Shown piece by piece: positions 1-8,540 of a stretch of DNA of 30,498 bases (position 1 is the stretch's first letter; each line of letters starts with the position of its first letter). The notes beneath the pieces are model-generated. The model ran no database searches. It saw nothing but the letters and a program-made list of their open reading frames with translations, and was not told the origin of the DNA. The translations under genes and the position numbers were made by a program. The DNA is from a virus (lineage: Duplodnaviria; Caudoviricetes). The stretch lies in the IMG/VR virus record IMGVR_UViG_3300029318_000065, positions 1 to 30,498 of that record; one strand, given 5' to 3'.

Positions 1-1290
1 GCAGGAAAACCCTGTGCCAAACAACCAGGACAAACAACAAAACCCAAGTGCGGTTCTTCAAAGATGAAGAGAAATTTAGATAAGGGTGAGGAAGAGGCAG
101 CATTCCGCCGTAAGCAGAAAGAAGATCCAAATCCCAATCGTAAAGGTAAGGCAATTAACGTGAGAACAGAAGCAACTATCAACGAAAGAGGTGATTACTG
201 GCATCCCGATCCTGACAAAGATCGTAAGTTAGGTGGTCCTGGTGCTAACCAGCGTGCTCGTGAAGATCGTGCTGCAGCATCTAAACCCAAGGAAGATCCT
301 AAGAAACTGCGTAAGGGTGAGTCCTACATGGACTATGCCAAGCGTCAAGGTAAAAAATCTGCACCCGTATCTAAACCCAAAGAGCGTAAGCGTGACAAGA
401 TTGGTAAAGCATTAGGTCGTGCTATTGATAGGATTGGTGGTATCAAGAAAGAAGAGGTTGAAGTTCAAGAGGGTATGGGCGATGTCGCTATCAAGGCAAT
501 TCGTGCTACACAAGGTAAAGAACCTAAATATTTAAGCAAGCGTTCTGAAATGATTCGCCGTATCAAAATGAAACAACTCAATACGTATCTGAAAAAAAGA
601 GACGATAAGAAAAAAGAGCGTGTTACCAATGTGGGTGTGGGTGAAGAAGTTCAAATGGAAGGTAAGAAAGACGCTTGTTATCATAAGGTAAAATCTCGTT
701 ATTCTGTTTGGCCAAGTGCGTATGCCAGCGGAGCACTAGTCAAATGCCGAAAAGTAGGTGCAAAGAATTGGGGAAATAAATCCAAAAAAGAAGAATTTGA
801 AGGTAACTTAGGTTTCCAAGACTTCCAAGAGAAAGCAAAAGCTTGTTGGGATACTCACAAAAAAGTGGGTATGAAAATGAAGGGTGGCAAGTTGGTAAAT
901 GATTGCCGTCCTAAGAATGAAGAAACAACCAACGAAGCAAAGAAGTGTTGGCCTGGTTACGAGAAGAAAGGAACTCAAAAACTATTCGGCAAAACGTACA
1001 ACCGCTGCGTCAAAAAGGAAGACGTAGACAATGTTAAAGAAGCAGCAGCTGCTTGGACAAGAAAAGCAGGTAAGAACAAGTCAGGTGGACTCAACGAAAA
1101 AGGACGAAAGTCTTACGAAAGAGAAAATCCTGGCAGCGACCTTAAAGCACCTTCAAAGAAGGTTGGAAATCCCAGACGGGCATCCTTCTGCGCTAGAATG
1201 AAAGGAATGAAAGCAAAATTAACTTCTAAGAAGACTGCATCAGATCCTGATTCTAGAATCAACAAATCTTTACGAGCGTGGAACTGTTGA
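1..1290 (+). CDS. 5'-truncated basic, modular hypothetical protein (probable virion internal protein; DUF5872-like and DUF6321-like modules)
   Basis: Frame is open from base 1 (AGKPCAKQPGQTTKPKCGSSK-M), so the true start is upstream of the window. Lys/Arg-rich modules (KKDACYHKVKSRYSVWPSAYASGALVKCRK; two CW-x-C modules; AAWTRKAGKNKSGGLNEKGRKSY...RRASFCARM...SLRAWNC) are separated by acidic linkers. DUF labels are from recall. Confidence 0.7.
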   Translation, partial: AGKPCAKQPGQTTKPKCGSSKMKRNLDKGEEEAAFRRKQKEDPNPNRKGKAINVRTEATINERGDYWHPDPDKDRKLGGPGANQRAREDRAAASKPKEDPKKLRKGESYMDYAKRQGKKSAPVSKPKERKRDKIGKALGRAIDRIGGIKKEEVEVQEGMGDVAIKAIRATQGKEPKYLSKRSEMIRRIKMKQLNTYLKKRDDKKKERVTNVGVGEEVQMEGKKDACYHKVKSRYSVWPSAYASGALVKCRKVGAKNWGNKSKKEEFEGNLGFQDFQEKAKACWDTHKKVGMKMKGGKLVNDCRPKNEETTNEAKKCWPGYEKKGTQKLFGKTYNRCVKKEDVDNVKEAAAAWTRKAGKNKSGGLNEKGRKSYERENPGSDLKAPSKKVGNPRRASFCARMKGMKAKLTSKKTASDPDSRINKSLRAWNC

Positions 1291-1319
1291 CAAACTGTGT
1301 CAACATGCTACAATAAATA
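1285..1319 (+). promoter_or_regulatory. sigma70-type promoter overlapping a T4-type late promoter
   Basis: TTGACA (1287-1292), 16-nt spacer, TG-n-TACAAT (1309-1314); ATAAATA at 1313-1319. The -35 lies in the inverted repeat TGTTGACA-N5-TGTCAACA. Confidence 0.65.
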
Positions 1320-1350
1320 GGTAAAACTATACCACGAGGATACTGCAGAA

Positions 1351-1641
1351 ATGACTGATCCAAAAGAAGTATCGTCTTTTTCCATGGAACGGAAAGAGTG
1401 CGAGAAGTGTGGTGCCGTTTGGTTAAACGGTCAACATATGTGGACAGGAACTGGTCAGAAAGGTAACGAATTAGATCTGGCTGGACTTGTTTGCAACAAT
1501 ATTTCAAAAGAAGATCCCGATTACAACAAATGTATTAATGCTAGTCGTGGTCAAACAGGTGGTGACACTTGGGAGTACCGAAGAGGGTACGTCGATGGAC
1601 AACTTGATGCACTGATGACTAATGCCAAAAATAATTCGTAA
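1351..1641 (+). CDS. hypothetical protein with CxxC motif
   Basis: 96-aa ORF with upstream GAGG; CEKC...W...H.W and further Cys residues; downstream of a promoter. Confidence 0.7.
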   Translation: MTDPKEVSSFSMERKECEKCGAVWLNGQHMWTGTGQKGNELDLAGLVCNNISKEDPDYNKCINASRGQTGGDTWEYRRGYVDGQLDALMTNAKNNS

Positions 1642-2137
1642 TGTAGTTCCCTTATCTGTATTAGAATACATTCATAAAACATCTGCAGAAAGAGAATCAT
1701 GGCATTGGAGGTTTCCTATGGGAGCATCTTTCAATGACAAACATGCAAAACTTGATATTGTAGAAGATGGTAAGATCAAAGATGCTTTTCTAGCAGGTCT
1801 TACATCTTCTGTTTTATTGCATGTATGGGAAGCAACTAATCGACAATTGTTCATACCCGAAGTTTTCTATACAGGTGTATCAATTAAAGATAGGCATAGA
1901 AAAGATAATATCCATGTTGATGATCCTGATCGTACAGATACTATCAAGATCATGGGTATTTTGAATAATGATTGGAATCCAGAAACAGATGGTGGAGCAT
2001 TTCATCATGGAGGAATTGATCATAAATTATGGCCAGGTGATTTCTGTATCTTTGATCCTAGAGTCCCTCATGCAGCACAAGATATTTCTAGTCATAACAA
2101 GAGATTTGCCCTAGATTTTTCTGTCAAGAAAACCTGA
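1622..2137 (+). CDS. 2OG-Fe(II) oxygenase family protein
   Basis: HxD (IHVD), W...GG, FD...PH and distal R (KRFAL): double-stranded beta-helix oxygenase pattern. Confidence 0.75.
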   Translation: MPKIIRNVVPLSVLEYIHKTSAERESWHWRFPMGASFNDKHAKLDIVEDGKIKDAFLAGLTSSVLLHVWEATNRQLFIPEVFYTGVSIKDRHRKDNIHVDDPDRTDTIKIMGILNNDWNPETDGGAFHHGGIDHKLWPGDFCIFDPRVPHAAQDISSHNKRFALDFSVKKT

Positions 2138-2195
2138 CAAACAAAACATAACATAATACAAATACCTACTAGATAGTGTAGTTACATAAGGTTTT

Positions 2196-2519
2196 ATGAA
2201 GTTTATTTTTTCCTTATTCGCTGCACTATTTTTTGCCATGCCTGCTTATGCAGTAGATGTTCAAATGGGTTCTAATGGAAACCTAGTTTTTGAACCATCG
2301 GAGGTTACTATTTCTGCTGGTGAATCAGTTCACTTCGTAAACAACATGCTTCCACCTCACAACGTTATTGTTGAGGGTCGTCCTGACTTAGGTCATGAAT
2401 CCCTTGCAATGTTACCAGGTGAAGAGTTTGATGTTGTTTTTTCTGAAGCAGGCGACTATACTTATTGGTGTGCTCCTCACAAAGGAGCTGGTATGATCGG
2501 AACGGTACATGTAGAATGA
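2196..2519 (+). CDS. petE: plastocyanin
   Basis: Signal peptide ending PAYA; copper ligands in PPHNV and YWCAPHKGAGM; LVFEPS motif. Confidence 0.97.
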   Translation: MKFIFSLFAALFFAMPAYAVDVQMGSNGNLVFEPSEVTISAGESVHFVNNMLPPHNVIVEGRPDLGHESLAMLPGEEFDVVFSEAGDYTYWCAPHKGAGMIGTVHVE

Positions 2520-3019
2520 AGACATTCAACACTGTTGTTTTAAACATCACTGTTGCCATAATCGACTTTCTATACGAAGGTCGAGACTTTCAACGTTTTT
2601 GGGTGCTTGAAGAGATTGCTCGGGCACCCTATTTTGCGTTTCTCAGTGTGTTACATTTTAGAGAGTCCATGGGTTTAAGAGGAGAAACACACCTACATCT
2701 TATGGAGGAACATTTTTCACAGACTCTAAATGAAACAGAGCATCTTGAATACATGGAGAAGCGGGGCGGTGCTGATTATTTTATTGATCGCGCTTTTGCC
2801 AGATCTCTCGTCCTTATCTACTATTGGATTATGGTGGTTTATTACGGGTTATTTCCTGTTTCTGCTTATGATCTAAATGAAAAAGTAGAGTGGCACGCCG
2901 CGCATACATATGAAAAATACCTGACAAAACATCCAGATGATTCTGATATCGCTAAGATAAAAGATGATGAGATTAAACATGCTCAGGAACTATCACAAGC
3001 AATGGAGCTTATTAAATGA
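2516..3019 (+). CDS. ptox: plastoquinol terminal oxidase (PTOX)
   Basis: Di-iron motifs LEEIARAPYF, NETEHL, VEWHA..TY, DDEIKH. Start placed at the ATGA overlap with the petE stop rather than 2465. Confidence 0.93.
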   Translation: MKTFNTVVLNITVAIIDFLYEGRDFQRFWVLEEIARAPYFAFLSVLHFRESMGLRGETHLHLMEEHFSQTLNETEHLEYMEKRGGADYFIDRAFARSLVLIYYWIMVVYYGLFPVSAYDLNEKVEWHAAHTYEKYLTKHPDDSDIAKIKDDEIKHAQELSQAMELIK

Positions 3020-3189
3020 GTACTGAATTTATGCCTGACTTTTCAAAACAAGACTATAAACTTATTATAGATGCATTGAAGAAAAGACAGACATCCTACA
3101 TTGCTGGTGACAGAATGTATAAAGAGTACGGCAAACTCATTAATGAAATGGATCGCCGTCAAGAATCTGCTGTACCTTGGAGGGTATGA
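3016..3189 (+). CDS. small hypothetical protein (57 aa, not in ORF track)
   Basis: MSTEFMPDFSKQDYKLIIDALKKRQTSYIAGDRMYKEYGKLINEMDRRQESAVPWRV; ATGA-coupled to both PTOX and gnd, exactly filling the gap. Confidence 0.75.
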   Translation: MSTEFMPDFSKQDYKLIIDALKKRQTSYIAGDRMYKEYGKLINEMDRRQESAVPWRV

Positions 3190-4226
3190 TGAAAGTTGGA
3201 ATGATTGGTCTTGGTCGTATGGGCGAGGGTATGGCTCGCCGTATGATGAAAGCAGACATTGAAGTATGGGGTTACAGGAGGAATTATGCTAAAGCTCAAG
3301 AATCGTATGAAAAGGGTTATGTCAGTGGAGTTACCACTGATTTGGAAAGCCTTGTTCAAGTAGTTCACAACCAAGATGGTTTGGTTGGTAAAGCAGCAGG
3401 TATTTTTCAACTTGTTATTCCTGCAGAATTAGTAGAGGAAACACTGAATGAGTTACTACCATTACTTAGCGACGGGGATATTGTTATTGATCATGGCAAT
3501 AGCAACTTTAAAGATTCTCGCAGGAGAGCAGAAAGGCTTTCTAAACTTGGCATCCAATATATTGATTGTGGTACTAGTGGTGGAGTTTACGGTCTGGAGC
3601 GTGGATACTGTCTCATGGTTGGTGGTGCAACTGGCGCAGTATCTGTCTGTGCCCCCATTTTCAGAGCACTCGCACCTGGCTTATCCGCTGCGCCCCGCAC
3701 AGATCCATACAGCAGCTCAACATCTGCTGAGTATGGGTGGTTACATTGTGGAGGACCTGGCGCAGGTCATTTCGTAAAAATGGTTCATAACGGAGTAGAA
3801 TATGGCATCATGCAAGCATACGCCGAGGGCTTTAATATCTTGCATCATGGTAATCTTGGTTCCAATTACACCAAGGAGGGTGATGCTGAGGTGGCTCCGA
3901 TGGAAAATCCGAAAGATTATGAATACGATATTGACTGTGCTGAAGTAGCAGAACTTTGGCGTCGTGGTAGTGTTGTTGGTAGTTGGTTACTTGACCTTAC
4001 TGCTGACGTATTCCGACATGATCATGATCTTAGCAAGTTCGATGGGGGAGTATCAGACTCTGGTGAGGGTCGTTGGACTCTACACGCTGCTGTAGATCTT
4101 GGTGTTCCTACACCTGTTATCTCTGCTGCACTATTTGAGCGATTCAACTCAAGACACTTGGGTGAATTTGGAAACCGTATCCTAAACGGAATGCGTTATA
4201 TGTTTGGAGGACACAACGTACGATGA
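3186..4226 (+). CDS. gnd: 6-phosphogluconate dehydrogenase (short, YqeC/GntZ-like form)
   Basis: Rossmann IGLGRMG, IDHGNS, DCGTSGG, GHFVKMVHNGVEYG, DSGEGRWT, MRYMFGGH. Start could be 3186 or 3189. Confidence 0.96.
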   Translation: MMKVGMIGLGRMGEGMARRMMKADIEVWGYRRNYAKAQESYEKGYVSGVTTDLESLVQVVHNQDGLVGKAAGIFQLVIPAELVEETLNELLPLLSDGDIVIDHGNSNFKDSRRRAERLSKLGIQYIDCGTSGGVYGLERGYCLMVGGATGAVSVCAPIFRALAPGLSAAPRTDPYSSSTSAEYGWLHCGGPGAGHFVKMVHNGVEYGIMQAYAEGFNILHHGNLGSNYTKEGDAEVAPMENPKDYEYDIDCAEVAELWRRGSVVGSWLLDLTADVFRHDHDLSKFDGGVSDSGEGRWTLHAAVDLGVPTPVISAALFERFNSRHLGEFGNRILNGMRYMFGGHNVR

Positions 4227-4450
4227 AAACAACTGAGAGTAATAAACAACTATTACAAAGATTTGAAAAAAGAATCATGCAATTGCATGAAGAACAAAGT
4301 AAACTCGATCAAGCATACGAGAGGTGGTTAGAATTAGATAAACAATTAACTAGACTGGAAGGATCTAAACAGGCAATTGAATACCTAGAGTATGGTAGAC
4401 TTCCTAGTGATGGTAATCATACGGGTATGGAGAACCATGAACCTCGGTGA
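4223..4450 (+). CDS. hypothetical coiled-coil protein
   Basis: 75-aa ORF with ATGA overlap with gnd; heptad-like Leu/Glu/Gln pattern. Confidence 0.65.
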   Translation: MKTTESNKQLLQRFEKRIMQLHEEQSKLDQAYERWLELDKQLTRLEGSKQAIEYLEYGRLPSDGNHTGMENHEPR

Positions 4451-4568
4451 CTTCTTACTATGGATTGCAGCGCCCTTTATTTGTGCCACCCTCACATTTG
4501 GACGACTTAAAGGTGAAAATGACTATTACGACTCGGAGGACTATGACGGAAACGGAACCGCTCACTAG
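4437..4568 (+). CDS. ndhP: NdhP-like small subunit of NDH-1 (43 aa, not in ORF track)
   Basis: MNLGDFLLWIAAPFICATLTFGRLKGENDYYDSEDYDGNGTAH: one TM helix ending in FG, then YDSxDYxGNGxAH, matching the cyanobacterial NdhP C-terminus as recalled. GGAG upstream. Confidence 0.8.
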   Translation: MNLGDFLLWIAAPFICATLTFGRLKGENDYYDSEDYDGNGTAH

Positions 4569-5889
4569 AGGTATCGTTATCTTTGGTGCTACTGGTGATC
4601 TTTGTAGACGGAAATTAATTCCGTCATTGTATAAACTTTGGGACAAAGGTCTTTTACCAGACAATTATTTAATTACTGGCGCTGCTCGTAGGGAGAGAAC
4701 TCCTGAACAATGGCGTCAAGAAATTGGTGGAGAAAACTATCCTGAAGAGTTTCTTCATCTATTAGATTATGTCTCTTGTGATTTGAGTGATATTGATTCA
4801 CTTAGAAGACTACCTGTCTTAGAAGATGCAACATACTTTTTATCTGTGCCACCAAGCACATATGATGTTGCAGTGAAAAATTTAAAAGAATTTGGATTGA
4901 TGGATGATCCAGATCGATCTAGAGTTATTATTGAAAAACCTTTTGGTACAGATTTAAAGTCAGCTGAGAATCTACAAAGGAGTATCTCCACACATATTAG
5001 AGAGAAACAAATCTATCGTATTGATCACTATCTTGGTAAAGATACTGTCAGTAATATTCTTGCAACTCGCTTTTCCAATACAATCCTTGAACCTCTCTGG
5101 AATAGAGATTATATTGAAGAAGTGCAGATATACGCAACCGAAACTATTGGATGCGAAGGTAGATCTCAGTATTATGATGGATCGGGTGTTGTTCGTGATA
5201 TGTTACAGAACCATATGCTTCAGGTTCTTGCACTTACTACTATGGAAGCACCCTGCCGCTTGACTGCTACCGAAGTTCGTAGAGAGAAAACTAAAGTATT
5301 AGCAGCAACTAGATTAGGTGGTAAGTTTCTTGCAGGTCAATACATTGGATATAGGGATGAAGAAGGAGTAGATGCTAATAGTCAAACTCCTACTTTTGTT
5401 GCTGGTGATTTATATGTTGATAACTGGAGGTGGAAAGACGTACCTTTCTATTATATGATTGGTAAAAAACTACCATATCAATGTGTTGAAGTTGTTGTCA
5501 AACTGAAAGCACCTCCTATTGGTTTATTTGAGGGACACGAGTTTAATGATCGTATCGTGATTAGACTGCAACCAGATCCTCACCTTGATATTCGTATGGA
5601 TATGAAGACACCAGGATTACAAAATAAGGTTGAAACAGCGACCTTGACACATAAATATCCTCATGGAGCAGTTGATGGATATGAAAAACTTCTCTATGAT
5701 GCAATTCATCAAGATCAATCTAACTTTGTACATTCAGAGGAAGTATTAGAATCGTGGAGAATTGTAGACGATCTTCTTTGCACTGGTGAGAAATGCACTG
5801 TGAGAACTGCTCCTTATCTTTATCATGAAAATAATTGGGGACCTTCACACAAAACCGATTTTATCACGAAATGGGATTATCCAGCCTAG
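4543..5889 (+). CDS. zwf: glucose-6-phosphate 1-dehydrogenase
   Basis: IFGATGDL, EKPFG, YRIDHYLGK, RDMLQNH, YEKLL motifs. Start 4543 chosen for its GGAGGA RBS (4519 is an alternative). Confidence 0.96.
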   Translation: MTETEPLTRGIVIFGATGDLCRRKLIPSLYKLWDKGLLPDNYLITGAARRERTPEQWRQEIGGENYPEEFLHLLDYVSCDLSDIDSLRRLPVLEDATYFLSVPPSTYDVAVKNLKEFGLMDDPDRSRVIIEKPFGTDLKSAENLQRSISTHIREKQIYRIDHYLGKDTVSNILATRFSNTILEPLWNRDYIEEVQIYATETIGCEGRSQYYDGSGVVRDMLQNHMLQVLALTTMEAPCRLTATEVRREKTKVLAATRLGGKFLAGQYIGYRDEEGVDANSQTPTFVAGDLYVDNWRWKDVPFYYMIGKKLPYQCVEVVVKLKAPPIGLFEGHEFNDRIVIRLQPDPHLDIRMDMKTPGLQNKVETATLTHKYPHGAVDGYEKLLYDAIHQDQSNFVHSEEVLESWRIVDDLLCTGEKCTVRTAPYLYHENNWGPSHKTDFITKWDYPA

Positions 5890-6050
5890 CACACAAAGCA
5901 GCACACTTTGCTGCTTCTACACTTAACAATCCATTTGGAATAGGAACATTAGGTATGTTATTAGTGTTTGTTCCTATTATTGGAATGCATTTGGTGCATA
6001 AGTATGGATGGGAACATTGGCAACCCTTCACACATGAACCTCATACTTAG
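5871..6050 (+). CDS. small single-TM membrane protein
   Basis: MGLSSLAHKAAHFAASTLNNPFGIGTLGMLLVFVPIIGMHLVHKYGWEHWQPF...; hydrophobic helix; overlaps the zwf end. Confidence 0.65.
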   Translation: MGLSSLAHKAAHFAASTLNNPFGIGTLGMLLVFVPIIGMHLVHKYGWEHWQPFTHEPHT

Positions 6051-6240
6051 ACCTCTTGACGACGTAAACGATGTCACTTGGAGTATTGTTATCTCTTTGA
6101 TAATACTCCTTGTGGGAGTTTTTTACGTTATCGTCTATATACTAGGCATAGATGAGAGGGAATCCCATGGGAGCAATGACACCCCCAAACAGGAAGAGTT
6201 GTTACAACTTCCGAGTGACGGAGATCAATCGTGTTCTTGA
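6034..6240 (+). CDS. small single-TM membrane protein
   Basis: MNLILRPLDDVNDVTWSIVISLIILLVGVFYVIVYILGID...; one strongly hydrophobic helix; overlaps both neighbours. Confidence 0.6.
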   Translation: MNLILRPLDDVNDVTWSIVISLIILLVGVFYVIVYILGIDERESHGSNDTPKQEELLQLPSDGDQSCS

Positions 6241-6628
6241 CGGCGATACTATTGATGTCACCATTGATCTTGGGTTTGACTTATACAAGAAAGAAAGAGT
6301 TAGAGTTGCAGGCGTTGATACGCCAGAGAAAAGAACGAGAGATCTTGAGGAAAAGGCACTGGGAATAGATGCAACGAATTGGCTCAAAGCGAAGTTGGAT
6401 GGTGCCATTGATGGGGATGACGATCTTGTTATCCGCACTGAGCTTGTTGGTGGTATGGGCAAGTATGGTCGTCTCCTCGGTTGGTTGTACATAGGAGATG
6501 CAGCAGTTTCGCTCAATGAAATGATGATTGAAGAAGGTTATGCTTGGGAGTATGACGGAGGAACCAAGCAGAAAAACTTTGAAGAACTCCGTGAAATCCG
6601 TAAATCAAAAGGGACTTTAGTAGAATGA
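6167..6628 (+). CDS. thermonuclease (SNase)-like nuclease
   Basis: RVLDGDTI, RVRVAGVDTPE, GKYGRLLG, LNEMMIEEGYA: staphylococcal nuclease fold motifs. Confidence 0.88.
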   Translation: MGAMTPPNRKSCYNFRVTEINRVLDGDTIDVTIDLGFDLYKKERVRVAGVDTPEKRTRDLEEKALGIDATNWLKAKLDGAIDGDDDLVIRTELVGGMGKYGRLLGWLYIGDAAVSLNEMMIEEGYAWEYDGGTKQKNFEELREIRKSKGTLVE

Positions 6629-6831
6629 GAAGAGAAATGTTAGACGCTCTCAAGGCACTTGCTATTGGGAATATCAAGAAAGCAAAGATGAATGTAGAAG
6701 TTTATCTTGCAAATCCTGTAGGTATTGGTGAGCATCCAGATGTGCTAGGTGCAATTCAAGAACAGATTGATTTGATTGCTAAAGAAGAGGAACGCATCGA
6801 AGTAATTGAGAAGTATTTTGAGGAACAATGA
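6625..6831 (+). CDS. hypothetical protein
   Basis: 68-aa ORF coupled by ATGA overlaps to the nuclease and g17; NPVGIGEHPD motif. Confidence 0.75.
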   Translation: MRREMLDALKALAIGNIKKAKMNVEVYLANPVGIGEHPDVLGAIQEQIDLIAKEEERIEVIEKYFEEQ

Positions 6832-8477
6832 GTAACAACGATCAATATCTAGGCAACCCCAATCTAAAGAAAGCAAATACTGCAATTGATTTTACACCAG
6901 ATGAGGTTGCTGAGGTATTACGTTGTTCAGAAGATCCTGTATATTTTATCAAAAACTATATCAAGATTGTTTCTCTTGATAAGGGTTTGATTCCCTTTGA
7001 CATGTATCATTTCCAAGAGGAGATGGTATCTAAATTTCATGATCACAGATTTAATATTGCAAAACTACCACGACAGAGTGGTAAGTCCACTATTGTTACT
7101 TCATACTTACTTTGGTATGTACTATTCAATCCAAATGTTAACGTAGCAATCTTGGCAAACAAAGCAGCAACTGCAAGAGAGATGCTGCAAAGATTACAAC
7201 TATCATATGAAAACCTCCCCAAGTGGCTCCAGCAAGGTATCCTCCAGTGGAACAGAGGTAGTCTGGAATTGGAGAATGGAAGTAAAATCATGGCTGCTTC
7301 TACTTCCGCTAGTGCTGTCAGGGGTATGTCTTTTAACGTCATATTTCTGGACGAATTCGCGTTCATTCCGAATCACATTGCTGACCAGTTCTTTAGTTCT
7401 GTTTATCCTACTATTTCTTCTGGTAAGTCCACAAAAGTCATTATCATTTCTACCCCTCACGGGATGAATATGTTCTACAAACTCTGGCATGATGCAGAGC
7501 GTGGAACGAATGAATATGTCCCTACTGAAGTTCACTGGTCAGAAGTGCCAGGTAGAGACGAGGTATGGAAAGAACAGACGATCAAAAACACATCAGAACA
7601 ACAATTCCGAGTTGAGTTTGAATGTGAGTTCTTAGGATCTGTTGATACATTGATCTCTCCTAGTAAGTTGAGGATCATGCCATATCATGAACCTATGAAT
7701 CAGAATCGCGGACTAGCGGTATTTGAGCAGGCAATTCCAGAACATAATTATATTCTAACTGTTGACGTATCGCGTGGAGTTGGAAATGATTATTCTGCAT
7801 TTACCGTGATGGATACCACAACCATTCCATATAAGATGGTTGCTAGATATAAAAACAATGAGATAAAACCAATTGTTCTACCTAATATCATTGTTGATGT
7901 TGCGAAAGCATATAACAATGCATACATTTTATGCGAGGTAAATGATATTGGCGGACAGGTTGCAGATATTATTCAGTTTGATTTGGAGTATGAGAATCTG
8001 TTGATGGCGGCAATGCGCGGACGTGCAGGACAGCAGTTGGGTCAGGGATTCTCTGGTAAGAAGACTCAACTGGGTGTGAAGATGTCTACTGCAGTAAAGC
8101 AAGTTGGGTGTTCTAACCTCAAAGCATTGATTGAGGATGACAAACTCATTATAAATGATTACGACACTATTGCAGAACTAACAACTTTTATCGCAAAGGG
8201 GCAAACGTTCCAAGCGGAAGAGGGATGTAATGATGACTTGGCAATGTGCTTAGTTATTTTTGCTTGGATGGCAATGCAACCGTACTTCAAAGAGATGCAT
8301 GACAATGATGTTCGTCAACGCATTTACGATGATCAAAGAGAATCTATTGAGCAAGACATGGCACCGTTTGGATTTGTATCTGACGGAATGGATGATGAGT
8401 ATTTTGCAGACGCACAAGGTGATGTGTGGAAGGTCGCGGAATACGGAGATAAATCATATATGTGGGAGTTTAGGTAA
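6828..8477 (+). CDS. g17: terminase large subunit (gp17)
   Basis: YLGNPNLK N-terminus, Walker A PRQSGKST, Walker B IFLDEFAF, ISTPHG, nuclease DVSRG...DYSA, NDDLAM. Confidence 0.97.
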   Translation: MSNNDQYLGNPNLKKANTAIDFTPDEVAEVLRCSEDPVYFIKNYIKIVSLDKGLIPFDMYHFQEEMVSKFHDHRFNIAKLPRQSGKSTIVTSYLLWYVLFNPNVNVAILANKAATAREMLQRLQLSYENLPKWLQQGILQWNRGSLELENGSKIMAASTSASAVRGMSFNVIFLDEFAFIPNHIADQFFSSVYPTISSGKSTKVIIISTPHGMNMFYKLWHDAERGTNEYVPTEVHWSEVPGRDEVWKEQTIKNTSEQQFRVEFECEFLGSVDTLISPSKLRIMPYHEPMNQNRGLAVFEQAIPEHNYILTVDVSRGVGNDYSAFTVMDTTTIPYKMVARYKNNEIKPIVLPNIIVDVAKAYNNAYILCEVNDIGGQVADIIQFDLEYENLLMAAMRGRAGQQLGQGFSGKKTQLGVKMSTAVKQVGCSNLKALIEDDKLIINDYDTIAELTTFIAKGQTFQAEEGCNDDLAMCLVIFAWMAMQPYFKEMHDNDVRQRIYDDQRESIEQDMAPFGFVSDGMDDEYFADAQGDVWKVAEYGDKSYMWEFR

Positions 8478-8488
8478 GGTTTCAAAAA

Positions 8489-8496
8489 TATAAATA
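8489..8496 (+). promoter_or_regulatory. T4-type late promoter
   Basis: TATAAATA upstream of g18. Confidence 0.8.
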
Positions 8497-8540
8497 ATCC
8501 TAGACATCTGATGTTGGAATCACCCTAGGAGAATTTAAAC

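Noticed and set aside
2465-2515. Listed PTOX start inside petE
   Set aside because: Overlaps the petE copper-ligand codons; the ATGA-coupled start at 2516 is more plausible.
4447-4542. N-terminal extension of the listed 480-aa zwf ORF
   Set aside because: Better explained by the overlapping ndhP-like ORF in another frame; an RBS supports the start at 4543.
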